Source of the DNA: Promethearchaeota archaeon
GTDB taxonomy: Archaea; Asgardarchaeota; Lokiarchaeia; Sigyniarchaeales; SOKP01
Assembly: GCA_016839555.1 (NCBI GenBank)
Contig: JAEOUA010000007.1
Span: 64,001 to 128,000, forward strand
Reading direction: 5' to 3'
Length of the DNA: 64,000 nucleotides
Shown here: piece by piece, positions 28,389-38,530 of the stretch
Position numbering within the stretch: the first letter of the stretch is position 1
Layout: every line of letters starts with the position of its first letter
Notes under the pieces: generated by a model
Database searches by the model: none
What the model was told of the DNA's origin: nothing
What the model saw: only the letters and a program-made list of their open reading frames with translations
Translations under genes and position numbers: made by a program

Positions 28389-30365
28389 TTATTCTGGAGA
28401 TTCTAGTTTTTTATGCTCTTTAATCAAATCATCCACAACTGAGGGATCTGCTAAGGTGGTGGTATTTCCAATTGGCTGACCAGAAGCTATTGCTCTAAGA
28501 ATTCTACGCATTATCTTCCCGCTTCGGGTTTTAGGCAAAGCATCAGCGAATTGAACGACATCTGGTTGAAACACGGGACCTATTTCTGTTCTTACATGAT
28601 TAATGATATCTCTTCGTAATGCAACACTTTTTTCGACACCTTCCATTAATGTAACATATGCATATATTGCTTGCCCTTTTATATTATGTGGAAATGGAGC
28701 GACGGCAGCTTCTGCAACCTTTGGATGGCTCACAATTGCGGATTCGACCTCCATTGTTCCTATTCGATGTCCAGAAACCTTGATAACATCATCTAACCGA
28801 CCTAAAATCCAATAATATCCGTCCTGGTCTTGGCGTGCACCATCACCAGTATAGTAATTACCTGGATATCTTTCCAAATATGTCGATTTAAATCGTTCAG
28901 TATCACCCCAGACATCCCTTAACATACCTGGCCACGGCTGAGCCATACAGAAGTATCCTCCCTCATCTGGTTCTTTTATTTCATCCCCTTCTAAATCATA
29001 AATCACCGGCTTAATTCCCAGAAATGGTAAGCAACAAGATCCCGGTTTAGTAGGAGTTGCTGTGGCAATAGGAGTCATAATAAATCCTCCAGTTTCCGTT
29101 TGCCAGTAAGTATCTACAATGGGACATTTTCCTTTACCAATCACTGTATGATACCATGTCCACGCTTTTGGATTAATGGGCTCACCAACAGTACCCAGAA
29201 CTTTTAATGAACTTAAATTATGTTTTTCCACGGGCTCTTCTCCATATCTCATTAACGCTCGGATTGCTGTGGGCGCTGTATAAAACTGATTAACTTTATG
29301 TTTTTCTACAATATCCCAGAATCGATCTACTTCTGGATATGTTGGTGTGCCTTCAAACATTAGCGTTGTTGCTCCGTTTGCTAAAGGACCATATATGATA
29401 TAACTATGCCCCGTTATCCAGCCAATATCAGCAGTACAATACCATATTTCTCCCTGTTTATAATTAAATACCACTTCATGTGTATAAGAGGTGTATACAA
29501 TATATCCTCCAGTAGTATGTTTAACACCTTTAGGTTTCCCGGTTGTTCCACTAGTATATAGGATAAATAAGGTATCTTCAGCATCCATTTCTTCACATGG
29601 ACACTCTTCAGCCATTCCTTTTATAAAGTCTTTATATGTAATATCTTTATCAGTTTTAGCTACTTCATTTCCCGTACGCTCCACAACGATAATATGTTCT
29701 ATAGTGGGAACATCATCAATAATTTTTGCCACATCATCCATTTTAGGATAAAGTTTACCTGATCTTACTGTCTGATCACATGTAAATAATAATTTTGAAT
29801 CGGAATCATAGATCCTATCCTTGACCGCTTCCTTAGAGAATCCACCAAATACAATCGAGTGAATAACGCCAATTCTAGCACATGCGAGCATAATAATGGC
29901 TAGCTCTGGAATCATAGGTAACCATATTGTTACTCTGTCACCTTTTTTTAGGCCTAAGTTTTTCATTCTATTCGCAACTTTACATACTTCTTTTTTTAAC
30001 TCATTGAAAGAGAATTTTCTAATTTCTCCTGGTTCATCGGCTTCCCATATTATGGCAGTTTCCTCTCCTCTTCCCGCTTCAATATGCCTATCAATACAAT
30101 TATAACAGACATTTAATTTACCGCCCACAAACCATTTACCCGGGAATAAATCGGTCTTTTCCCATACTTTCTCGTAGGGGGAAAACCAACTAATCCTCTG
30201 AGCTACTTCATCCCAAAAACCTTCCATATCCGTAATGGATTTTTCATAGATTTCTTGATATTCTTTAAAAGACATTCCAGTTTTCGCATATTCGGGATTT
30301 AATTCAACTGGATCGAATATACGTTCCTCTGTGAGGATTGACTCCATTCTATCTTCTTCTGACAT
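28389..30365 (-). CDS. acs: Acetyl-CoA synthetase (AMP-forming)
   Basis: YTSGTTGKPKG, DTYWQTETGG, YYTGDG, SGHRIG, LPKTRSGKIMRR. Confidence 0.95.
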   Translation of the reverse strand: MSEEDRMESILTEERIFDPVELNPEYAKTGMSFKEYQEIYEKSITDMEGFWDEVAQRISWFSPYEKVWEKTDLFPGKWFVGGKLNVCYNCIDRHIEAGRGEETAIIWEADEPGEIRKFSFNELKKEVCKVANRMKNLGLKKGDRVTIWLPMIPELAIIMLACARIGVIHSIVFGGFSKEAVKDRIYDSDSKLLFTCDQTVRSGKLYPKMDDVAKIIDDVPTIEHIIVVERTGNEVAKTDKDITYKDFIKGMAEECPCEEMDAEDTLFILYTSGTTGKPKGVKHTTGGYIVYTSYTHEVVFNYKQGEIWYCTADIGWITGHSYIIYGPLANGATTLMFEGTPTYPEVDRFWDIVEKHKVNQFYTAPTAIRALMRYGEEPVEKHNLSSLKVLGTVGEPINPKAWTWYHTVIGKGKCPIVDTYWQTETGGFIMTPIATATPTKPGSCCLPFLGIKPVIYDLEGDEIKEPDEGGYFCMAQPWPGMLRDVWGDTERFKSTYLERYPGNYYTGDGARQDQDGYYWILGRLDDVIKVSGHRIGTMEVESAIVSHPKVAEAAVAPFPHNIKGQAIYAYVTLMEGVEKSVALRRDIINHVRTEIGPVFQPDVVQFADALPKTRSGKIMRRILRAIASGQPIGNTTTLADPSVVDDLIKEHKKLESPE

Positions 30366-30816
30366 ACCTTAAATCAACTTTTTTTCAGTATTTTTTATTT
30401 TTCGATTTCATTACAAATTTTTTAAGTATAACTTTATAGATGTCTAAATATTAGAAAAATTTAAAATTTTCATTTATAATTTTTATATTTTTCCATAAGA
30501 TGAATAAAATCTTATTCTATTCAGAGCATGTTCTATTAAGGCTTTTTATTATAGATCTTTTCTGTTAGTATCATCTAAAAAGGTAAATCTTTCTCAGAAA
30601 TTATTCATAGAATAATTTTTTATAGCATTTTGTCTTACTCTTTTTCTCTCCTCTTTATTTTTGATCAAAATAAAAGTTCTTTTAGCATAAAACATGTATC
30701 TATTTAGATTTTAGAGATATTTTTTGATTATAATTCCTTTCCTATAATGAAAAAGGAAAATAATGACACAATTAAAAAAATTAGTAGATCAAATACAAGG
30801 TTTAGGTTTGATATAA

Positions 30817-31638
30817 TTGATTGATAAAGATTTTCCCATTTTTGACGCACATATGCATTATACAGGGAAATTTATGAATAAAAATGAAACACTTATTGAA
30901 TTTTTAGATCGATTTGGAATTGATAAAGCTATTATTACAACTTTAAACACCTCAGCGAATAGTAAACTCCTCTCTACTATAAATAATAAGGATTTAACTG
31001 ATAAACAGTTAGCAGATAAGTTTTATCCCAAAAATCAATATAATCATGAACATGTAAAAAAATTAATTGAATCTCATCCAAAAAGGTTAATTGGATTTTA
31101 TTGGTTTAATCCAAGAATTGCTGATGAAAAAGACTGGAAAGAGCTTACGAGATATATAAAAAATTATAATTTTAAAGGAGTTAAAACTCAAGCCTCGCTC
31201 GATAATTTAGATCCCCTAACAGATATGGATAAATTAGCTGAATTTTGTATTGATCTTGATATTCCTCTTTATTTTCATTCTGGAATTAATTTTTATTTTC
31301 AGAAACCCTTTAAAATTCAATCTCTCTACGAACTTAAGAAAAAGTATAAAAAATTAAAGTTAATAATTGGCCATGCGGCTTATACAATGGAATATATGAT
31401 CTCATTATTAAGATATTTTGAACCGTTTCCGCGGGTTTATTTTGAAACGAGCCTCTCAGTCCCCTATGGAATTAAGGTCTTAATAAAAGTGATGGGAGCA
31501 GAGAGAGTATTATATGGTTCTGACAGCCCGCCAGCAACTACGCCGGATATCGAAATCAATAAAATTAAAATTCTAGATCTACCTAAGGATATCCAAAAAA
31601 AAGTCTTTTATGAAAATACAAATAATTTATTAGTTTGA
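30817..31638 (+). CDS. Amidohydrolase_2 family metal-dependent hydrolase
   Basis: FDAHMH, FHSG, IGHA, LYGSDSP. Confidence 0.88.
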   Translation: MIDKDFPIFDAHMHYTGKFMNKNETLIEFLDRFGIDKAIITTLNTSANSKLLSTINNKDLTDKQLADKFYPKNQYNHEHVKKLIESHPKRLIGFYWFNPRIADEKDWKELTRYIKNYNFKGVKTQASLDNLDPLTDMDKLAEFCIDLDIPLYFHSGINFYFQKPFKIQSLYELKKKYKKLKLIIGHAAYTMEYMISLLRYFEPFPRVYFETSLSVPYGIKVLIKVMGAERVLYGSDSPPATTPDIEINKIKILDLPKDIQKKVFYENTNNLLV

Positions 31639-31802
31639 AAAGAATTTCAATGCGATTGGATTTTAATGTTTTAATAATATTCTCTAAAAATTGTTTTAAA
31701 TTATTTACTAAGAGTGAAAAAATCTAATATTTTATTATATAAAGGAATATAAATTAATATTAGCATTTGAAATATGGAAAAGTTAGATATGGAGGGTTAA
31801 AA

Positions 31803-32867
31803 ATGGCAAAAGGAATTTTTTTAAGTTCATTAAAAGAACGTGTTGGCAAGACAACACTGGCATTAGGTATAATTTTAAATCTTCAAGACCAAGGAAAAAA
31901 AGTGGGATATTATAAACCTATTGGAACTCCTAAAGCACCTTTTTCAAACAAAGCAGATCCGGATGTAGGCTTCTTACAAAGTTGTGCGGAAATTCCTAAT
32001 ATTCCTTATAATCTATTATCACCTGTTTCTATACCAGATTGTTATTATATAGATCTTGTAAATGAAATGAAAAAACAGGAATTTTTAGAGAGTATTCAAA
32101 ATTCATATAAAGAAGCTTCAATGAAATATGATTATATTATTATAGAGGGAGCTCCTAGTATGAAAAAATTTATTCGCGTAGGAGTAGATGATATAAGTGT
32201 TGCTCAAACACTTGGAATTAATGAGATTATTTATATAGAAACTGAATCTTCGGATAAAAGTGTTGATAATCTCTTTTTTACTAAAAAATATTTAGATTAT
32301 AGAGATATGCAGATCAAAGGCATTATTTTTAATAAAATTGATCAAGAATATTTCGCCCGAATTGAAGAATTGAAAGAAGAACATATCGAAAAATATGATA
32401 TACCTATAATAGGAGTTATTGGAAAAAGTCTTGAATTAATGTCACCCAGAGTATCTGAAATTCAAGCTGCAATTGGTGGTAATTTAATGAATGAGTCAGC
32501 CTCCTCTGCGCTCGGTGATCGAGTGGAAACTTATTTAATTGGCGCAATGGGTCCACAATCTGCTATTAAATATCTTCGACAGGTGAAAAATGCAGCTTTT
32601 ATTACAGGGGGCGATAGATCGGATTTAGCAATGAATGCATTAAATGAAAGCGTAACATGCTTAATTTTAACGGGATATATAGAACCAGACACCTCTGTTT
32701 TAACAAAAGCAACTGAAAAAAACATACCTGTTATATTAAGTCCTTCAGATACATATACCACCTTGAGAAACATTGAAAGAATACGACCAAGTATAGAACA
32801 AGATGAAGTTCATTTAGTAAAAGACTTAATTAAGGATAGAATTAATTGGAAATTATTACTTAAATAA
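31803..32867 (+). CDS. Phosphotransacetylase-family N-terminal (BioD-like + DRTGG) protein
   Basis: VGKT, YYKPIG, IIEG, ITGGDRSD; GGAGGG SD before ATG 31803. Confidence 0.85.
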   Translation: MAKGIFLSSLKERVGKTTLALGIILNLQDQGKKVGYYKPIGTPKAPFSNKADPDVGFLQSCAEIPNIPYNLLSPVSIPDCYYIDLVNEMKKQEFLESIQNSYKEASMKYDYIIIEGAPSMKKFIRVGVDDISVAQTLGINEIIYIETESSDKSVDNLFFTKKYLDYRDMQIKGIIFNKIDQEYFARIEELKEEHIEKYDIPIIGVIGKSLELMSPRVSEIQAAIGGNLMNESASSALGDRVETYLIGAMGPQSAIKYLRQVKNAAFITGGDRSDLAMNALNESVTCLILTGYIEPDTSVLTKATEKNIPVILSPSDTYTTLRNIERIRPSIEQDEVHLVKDLIKDRINWKLLLK

Positions 32868-33012
32868 TTTTTTTTAACCTTTTCAGATATAGAGGCTTAG
32901 TATTCTCTGCTATTTATTTATTAATATTTAATTCACTGAAAAATAATATGTTGTAAAATATTAAACAACTATATTTGAAGTATAAGGCAGATATGGCGAG
33001 AAACAGAATTTT

Positions 33013-33543
33013 TTAATATTCTTTTATTAGGGTATCTACCAGTATTTGAGAAAACTCATTAAAAGCCAGTTCAACATTTTTTCCTGTCTTAGCACTCGTC
33101 TCAATATATGTACTATTATGAGTGCTTGCATATTCTTCGGCTTGGTTTTTATCTACCACTCTACCGATTTGCTCTAGTAAATCTGCTTTATTTCCAATTA
33201 ATATAAATGGAATATCTCCCGCATAGCCTCTTACTTCGTTTAACCATCCCTCAATAGCTTCATACGTTTCCATCCTTGTTAAATCAAACACTAATGCGGC
33301 CCCGCTCGCACCTCTATAAAACGCAGTGCGCATCGCCTCAAAACGTTTTTGTCCTCCGATATCCCAAATCATAAGTCTTACTTTTCCGTTTCCTCTAACA
33401 TTAACTAGCTTAGATAAAAAATTAACTCCTATTGTCAATTTATAATTTTCTGAGAAACGTTCATATACAAGTCTCTCTAAAAGACTGGTTTTTCCGACGG
33501 CGGCGGGCCCGAGGATGAGGATTTTAAAGAGATAGTTTTCCAT
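33013..33543 (-). CDS. Rab-like small GTPase (tandem copy 1)
   Basis: GPAAVGKT, TIG, WDIGGQ, GNKAD, ETSAK. Confidence 0.92.
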   Translation of the reverse strand: MENYLFKILILGPAAVGKTSLLERLVYERFSENYKLTIGVNFLSKLVNVRGNGKVRLMIWDIGGQKRFEAMRTAFYRGASGAALVFDLTRMETYEAIEGWLNEVRGYAGDIPFILIGNKADLLEQIGRVVDKNQAEEYASTHNSTYIETSAKTGKNVELAFNEFSQILVDTLIKEY

Positions 33544-33790
33544 GATTATGATTCTCTGATAGTAAATTCAGTGAATTATTAACTACATAAATTTATTAAA
33601 TTTAAAATTATGCTAATAAAATTATTAATAAGGGTCCAAAATGTGTGAATAAAAAAATAAAAAGATTTTTATCAAATTAGATTTACTTATTCATTCAAAA
33701 AGAGAGAAAATAAAGAAAATTTAAACTAAAAAAGTTTTAAGAAATTATTTTTCTTACTTAATTTATTTTCTCTTTGAATAAAGAATTTTT

Positions 33791-34321
33791 TCACTTTTGT
33801 TTTATGATGGTATCAACTAGCATTTGAGAAAATTTTTGAAAAGCCTCATCAACATTTTCTCCTGTTTTCGCACTGGTCTCAATATAAGTACTATTATGTG
33901 TTCTGGCAAATTCTTGTGCTTCCTTTTTCTCTACTACTCTTACAAAATGTATTAATAAATCTGCTTTATTTCCAATTAATATAAAGGGAATATTTCCAGC
34001 ATAATGTCTTACTTCATTTAGCCACTTTTCAATCGCATTATATGTTTCCAACTTTGTTAAGTCAAAAACTATTACAGCGCCGGCCGCACCTTTATAAAAT
34101 TCAGTGCGCAAACTCTCAAAGCGTTCTTGTCCTCCAATATCCCATATTGATAATCTTATTATTCCGTTTTCGCTAAGATCGACAATCTTAGATAAAAAAC
34201 TAACTCCTATTGTCAATTTATAATTTTCTGAGAAACGATTATATATAAATCTCTCTAAAATACTGGTTTTTCCGACGGCGGCGGGCCCTACAATGAGTAT
34301 TTTAAATAAATAGTCTTCCAT
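33791..34321 (-). CDS. Rab-like small GTPase (tandem copy 2; start ATG 34321)
   Basis: Same G1-G5 motifs and the same 176-aa length as copy 1 when started at 34321; AAGGAG upstream. Confidence 0.92.
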   Translation of the reverse strand: MEDYLFKILIVGPAAVGKTSILERFIYNRFSENYKLTIGVSFLSKIVDLSENGIIRLSIWDIGGQERFESLRTEFYKGAAGAVIVFDLTKLETYNAIEKWLNEVRHYAGNIPFILIGNKADLLIHFVRVVEKKEAQEFARTHNSTYIETSAKTGENVDEAFQKFSQMLVDTIIKQK

Positions 34322-34453
34322 AATTACTATTATTTCTCTCCTTAACACAGTGAATTATTAAACTAATAAATTTAAAGAATTTAAAATTTTGCCAATAAAT
34401 TTATTAATAAAGGTCAAAACTAAATGAAGAAATTAAGCAAGAGATATCATACT

Positions 34454-35248
34454 TTATTTTCCCTTAAACCTCGGTTCTCTTTTTTCTTTAAAAGCTCTAA
34501 TCGCTTCTCGAAAATCCCGAGTTTTATAAAGTTCCATATTTCTTTGTTTCTCTAATTCATGAGTTCTCAGAATAATTTCCTGAAAGTTTTGGTGAATAAG
34601 TTTTTTTTTCAATTCAATCGAAAGAGGAGTCTTATTTTTAGAAAGTAAATTTTTAGCTTGCGCTCTTGCATATGTTAATAATTTTTCCTTGGGAAGTACT
34701 TTATTGATCAGTCCGAGTTTTTCAGCTTTTACCGCAGTTATTTTTTCACCAAAATAGAGTATTTCTTTTGCTCTTTGAAATCCTACATATAAAGGAAGGA
34801 TATAAGACATTGCAGATTGAGCTATTACCCCTCGTTTTACAAAATTAAATTGAATCCATGCATCTTCAGCCATATAGATTAAATCCGCCCCCATTAGAAC
34901 CATGGTGATGCCTGCGCCAATTGCATAACCATTTAAAGCTGCAATAATTGGCTTTGAAAAATTCCAAAATTTTACCTTAGGTTTCTTTCTTTGTGTAGAT
35001 AGTGATTGTTGACTAAAGAATTTTAAATCAAAATATCCTCCCGAGGAAAAGGCATTAGCTTTTTTTGCGCCTGTAATGATTAAAAGCCGTGCATTTTTAT
35101 CCATTTCCATATCGGAAAGCACTGTTCCAATTTCAAAAAAAGTACGTTGAGATAAGGCGTTTCTTCTCTCCGGTCTATTGAGAGTAATTATATAAATTCC
35201 ATCCTTCTCTTTTTCATAAATAATATCCTCAAACTCATTAAAAGTCAT
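34454..35248 (-). CDS. Enoyl-CoA hydratase/isomerase family protein
   Basis: LNRPERRNAL, FSSGG, NGYAIGAG; paralog of 57237-58058. Confidence 0.88.
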   Translation of the reverse strand: MTFNEFEDIIYEKEKDGIYIITLNRPERRNALSQRTFFEIGTVLSDMEMDKNARLLIITGAKKANAFSSGGYFDLKFFSQQSLSTQRKKPKVKFWNFSKPIIAALNGYAIGAGITMVLMGADLIYMAEDAWIQFNFVKRGVIAQSAMSYILPLYVGFQRAKEILYFGEKITAVKAEKLGLINKVLPKEKLLTYARAQAKNLLSKNKTPLSIELKKKLIHQNFQEIILRTHELEKQRNMELYKTRDFREAIRAFKEKREPRFKGK

Positions 35249-35377
35249 TTTTGCGATCTTTTTATTTTTTTAATTGTTCTAATAGGATAATTCCCCATAT
35301 TTATCTTAAAAGAAATAAATAGATTTCCGCATATTTAGATAAAAGGAAATTTTGTGGGGACTCTGATATCAGCAATA

Positions 35378-37213
35378 TTAAATCGTCTCATCCTTTATTT
35401 CTTCTTCATATTGCTTTCTTTTTTCCTTTAAATAAGCAGGAACAGGTACATCCCACCATCCCCATGCTGGAGATCCTTCATATTTAGGAGTATTATTTAT
35501 AATTACTTCGATAACGGCAGGTCCATCTTGAGAAAATGCTTCATTTAATGCAGGTTTGATCTCATCTGCTTTTGATATACGTGTTGACCAACATCCAAAT
35601 CCTGCTGCAATATCGGCGAAATTAGGAGAATAATAATTCCCATTTTTATCTTTAAATTCAGTTGCATGTCCTCTTTCAATTCCATATACATTCCATTGAA
35701 GGTCCGTAATTGCAATCCAAGCAGCATTGTTTAATATCATAATTACAACGTTTAATCCAAGCTGTTTTGCTGTATGGAGTTCTGCCATCGTCATCATAAA
35801 ATCACCATCTCCCAATAAACCAATCACTTGCGTATTTGGTTTTCCTAATTTAGCACCAATAGAAGCGGGAAGTGTATACCCCATAGTACTAAACCCTCCT
35901 GCTGAAATGCAAGTATTTGGCTCATAAAATTCAATCTCTTGAATCATTTGGGCTTGCACATTACCCGAGCTCGTTATTATAATAGCATCTCTATCAAGGA
36001 AATCCCTTACTTCCTTTAAAACGCATGAGATCATAACTGGCTCCACAGTATCATCAGCATATTCTTTTAAAAAATTGTACCACTTTTCTCTTAAAGCTTG
36101 TATCTCCTTGTAATAATCTTTCTTTTTATAATCTACAGGCTCATAATTATTTCTGAGATAATTTAATAAATCTCGAAGTACTGCTTTAACATCTCCTATA
36201 ATTCCCACATCAACCGGGTAATTCTTTCCAATTTCATGAGGGTCAATATCAACTTGAATAAGACGGGTATCATCTTCTTCCGGCCCAAAATTCCATGCCT
36301 CACCCTTTTTATAAGAACAGGTTGATTCATCAGCAAATCGAGTTCCTAAAGCGAATACGACATCAGAAGTTTTACTAAGTTCAATACCAATTTCCGTTCC
36401 TTTAGAACCCGTAGCCCATCCGAAGAGCGGATGATCATTAGGAAATGCATCTTTTGCCATCATTGAAGCTAAAACAGCACTTCCCGTAAATTCAGCAAGT
36501 TCTTTTACTTCTTTATATGCTTTTGAAGCGACCAGCCCCCCTCCTAACCATAATACGGGTCTTTTTGCTTTCATAAACAGGTCTGTTGCTTTTTTTATTT
36601 GATTCATGTCACCCCGAATTCTACCTTGGGGATGATGTTTTTCTACGACTGGGACTTGTTTGAAAGTTGGGGCACATTGAATATCCATAGGAAGATCAAT
36701 ATGAACTGGGCCAGGTCGCCCTTCTTGCATAATATTGCATGCTCTCTGAATTGTTCGAGGAACTTGATCCACTTGAGCTACTTCAAATGAACGTTTTACG
36801 AGAGGTCTTAATGCATTAGGGAGATCACTATCCCTTCGTCGTTCAATTTCTTGTAAAACACCTACCCCACGCATATGAACATGAGTATCACCCGTTATAA
36901 GTAAGACGGGCATTGAATCTACATACGCATCTGCTAATCCAATACAAGTATTTAATGCTCCCGGACCAATGCTGGTAAATACTGCTAACGGTTGACCTGT
37001 GACACGATAATAACCTACTGCCATATGAACTCCTGCTTGTTCCTGTTTTGGTTGAATTACTTGAATTTTATCTTTACGTCGATAAAGAGCATCAGTAAAA
37101 CCTAAATTTCCATGTCCTGGTATTCCAAAGATATAAGGCATTCCTTGGGCAATCAAATAATCTACAATAACCTCGGAGCCGGTTTTAAAATTCTCTTCTT
37201 TGTTAAGGCTCAT
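35378..37213 (-). CDS. TPP-dependent enzyme, acetolactate synthase/IolD-like
   Basis: GIPGHGN, TSIGPG, RPGPV, GDGDFMM...NN TPP motif. Confidence 0.85.
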   Translation of the reverse strand: MSLNKEENFKTGSEVIVDYLIAQGMPYIFGIPGHGNLGFTDALYRRKDKIQVIQPKQEQAGVHMAVGYYRVTGQPLAVFTSIGPGALNTCIGLADAYVDSMPVLLITGDTHVHMRGVGVLQEIERRRDSDLPNALRPLVKRSFEVAQVDQVPRTIQRACNIMQEGRPGPVHIDLPMDIQCAPTFKQVPVVEKHHPQGRIRGDMNQIKKATDLFMKAKRPVLWLGGGLVASKAYKEVKELAEFTGSAVLASMMAKDAFPNDHPLFGWATGSKGTEIGIELSKTSDVVFALGTRFADESTCSYKKGEAWNFGPEEDDTRLIQVDIDPHEIGKNYPVDVGIIGDVKAVLRDLLNYLRNNYEPVDYKKKDYYKEIQALREKWYNFLKEYADDTVEPVMISCVLKEVRDFLDRDAIIITSSGNVQAQMIQEIEFYEPNTCISAGGFSTMGYTLPASIGAKLGKPNTQVIGLLGDGDFMMTMAELHTAKQLGLNVVIMILNNAAWIAITDLQWNVYGIERGHATEFKDKNGNYYSPNFADIAAGFGCWSTRISKADEIKPALNEAFSQDGPAVIEVIINNTPKYEGSPAWGWWDVPVPAYLKEKRKQYEEEIKDETI

Positions 37214-37400
37214 ATTTTAGAAAATGTTCATAACTTTTTTAAATGTTTGCTTTTCCAATTAAAACATTTCGAAGTTTATTTGGGTTAATAAATGCTAAAA
37301 ATTACTATATTATTTTACTTTTTTTTAATTCTGAAATGAAGTTTTTTAATAAGGATTAGTTTAAATTATTATAAAATCAAAAAAATAAAATTTAATATCC

Positions 37401-38513
37401 ATGAAGATTGGCATTCTTGGCACCGGACTGAGAAAACAAATATTAAATTTACATATATTAGCATATTTAGAAAGAAAAGATACAATAATCAGTGCTTTAT
37501 GCGATAACACAATAGAGGGAGCAAAATCTAAAATAAATCAATTTAATTTTAGAGATTCAATAAATTTTTATACCGATTATAAGCAAATGATTGACAATGA
37601 AAACTTAGATATAATTGAAGTTCTCTCACCCCCTAATTTACACGCAGAATCAATCATATATGCCGCAAAGAACAATATCAATGCAATATTGGTCGAGAGC
37701 CCGATAGCAACATCATTAAAAGAAGCAGATAAAATAATTGAGATATGCAAAAATAATGAGGTCTTTTTATCCATTTATGAAAATTCTCTTTTTGCACCCC
37801 ATATTAAAGAAGCAAAAAATTTGATTGAAAACGATTATATCGGCGATATTGCCTCCCTTAGGATAAAAGTTGCAATTGGAATTGAAAAGGACGATAAGGA
37901 AAACGTTTTCAGGAAGTGGGAGGTACATGGACAAAATATAGACGAAATTGCGGTAAATCCAAATTCTTCCTTATTCGAGGCCGGATTTCATGCGTTTTCA
38001 TTGGCAAGATGGCTTTTTAATGAAGAGATCAAAAAAGTATTTGCATGGAAGGGAAATTATAACAATATGGAAGCCCCCATTTTTGTCAACTGGAAATGTA
38101 AAGAAAAAGAAGAGCATATTGTACCCAAATATGGTAATATGGAACTCACATTAATACCTAAGATAAAAATTCCTTCAAATTATTATCCAATGGATGAATT
38201 TATTGAAATAATTGGAAGTCGTGGATTAATGAAAATCAATCAATGTTGCTCAATTGGTAATAAAATGACAGAGGCACCTGTTTTCTCTCCCCTTGTTATA
38301 GTAAGGGATGGAAAGGTTGAAACCCAAAATGAGTTCCAAAAAGATTGGAAATATAGCTTCATAAATGCTACCAATTATTTTATAGAAGCCTTTAAGAATA
38401 ATAAAAAACCAGTTTTGTCTGGGAAAGACGCAAAAAAAATTTTAAACTTTTATCTGGCAGCAATTAAATCCGCTCAAATTAAAAAAGATGTTTATATAGA
38501 GGAAATAAATTAG
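37401..38513 (+). CDS. Gfo/Idh/MocA family oxidoreductase (degenerate EKP motif)
   Basis: KIGILGTG Rossmann fold, PPNLH, VESP, EAGFH. Confidence 0.8.
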   Translation: MKIGILGTGLRKQILNLHILAYLERKDTIISALCDNTIEGAKSKINQFNFRDSINFYTDYKQMIDNENLDIIEVLSPPNLHAESIIYAAKNNINAILVESPIATSLKEADKIIEICKNNEVFLSIYENSLFAPHIKEAKNLIENDYIGDIASLRIKVAIGIEKDDKENVFRKWEVHGQNIDEIAVNPNSSLFEAGFHAFSLARWLFNEEIKKVFAWKGNYNNMEAPIFVNWKCKEKEEHIVPKYGNMELTLIPKIKIPSNYYPMDEFIEIIGSRGLMKINQCCSIGNKMTEAPVFSPLVIVRDGKVETQNEFQKDWKYSFINATNYFIEAFKNNKKPVLSGKDAKKILNFYLAAIKSAQIKKDVYIEEIN

Positions 38514-38530
38514 AATTAACCCATAAGAGA

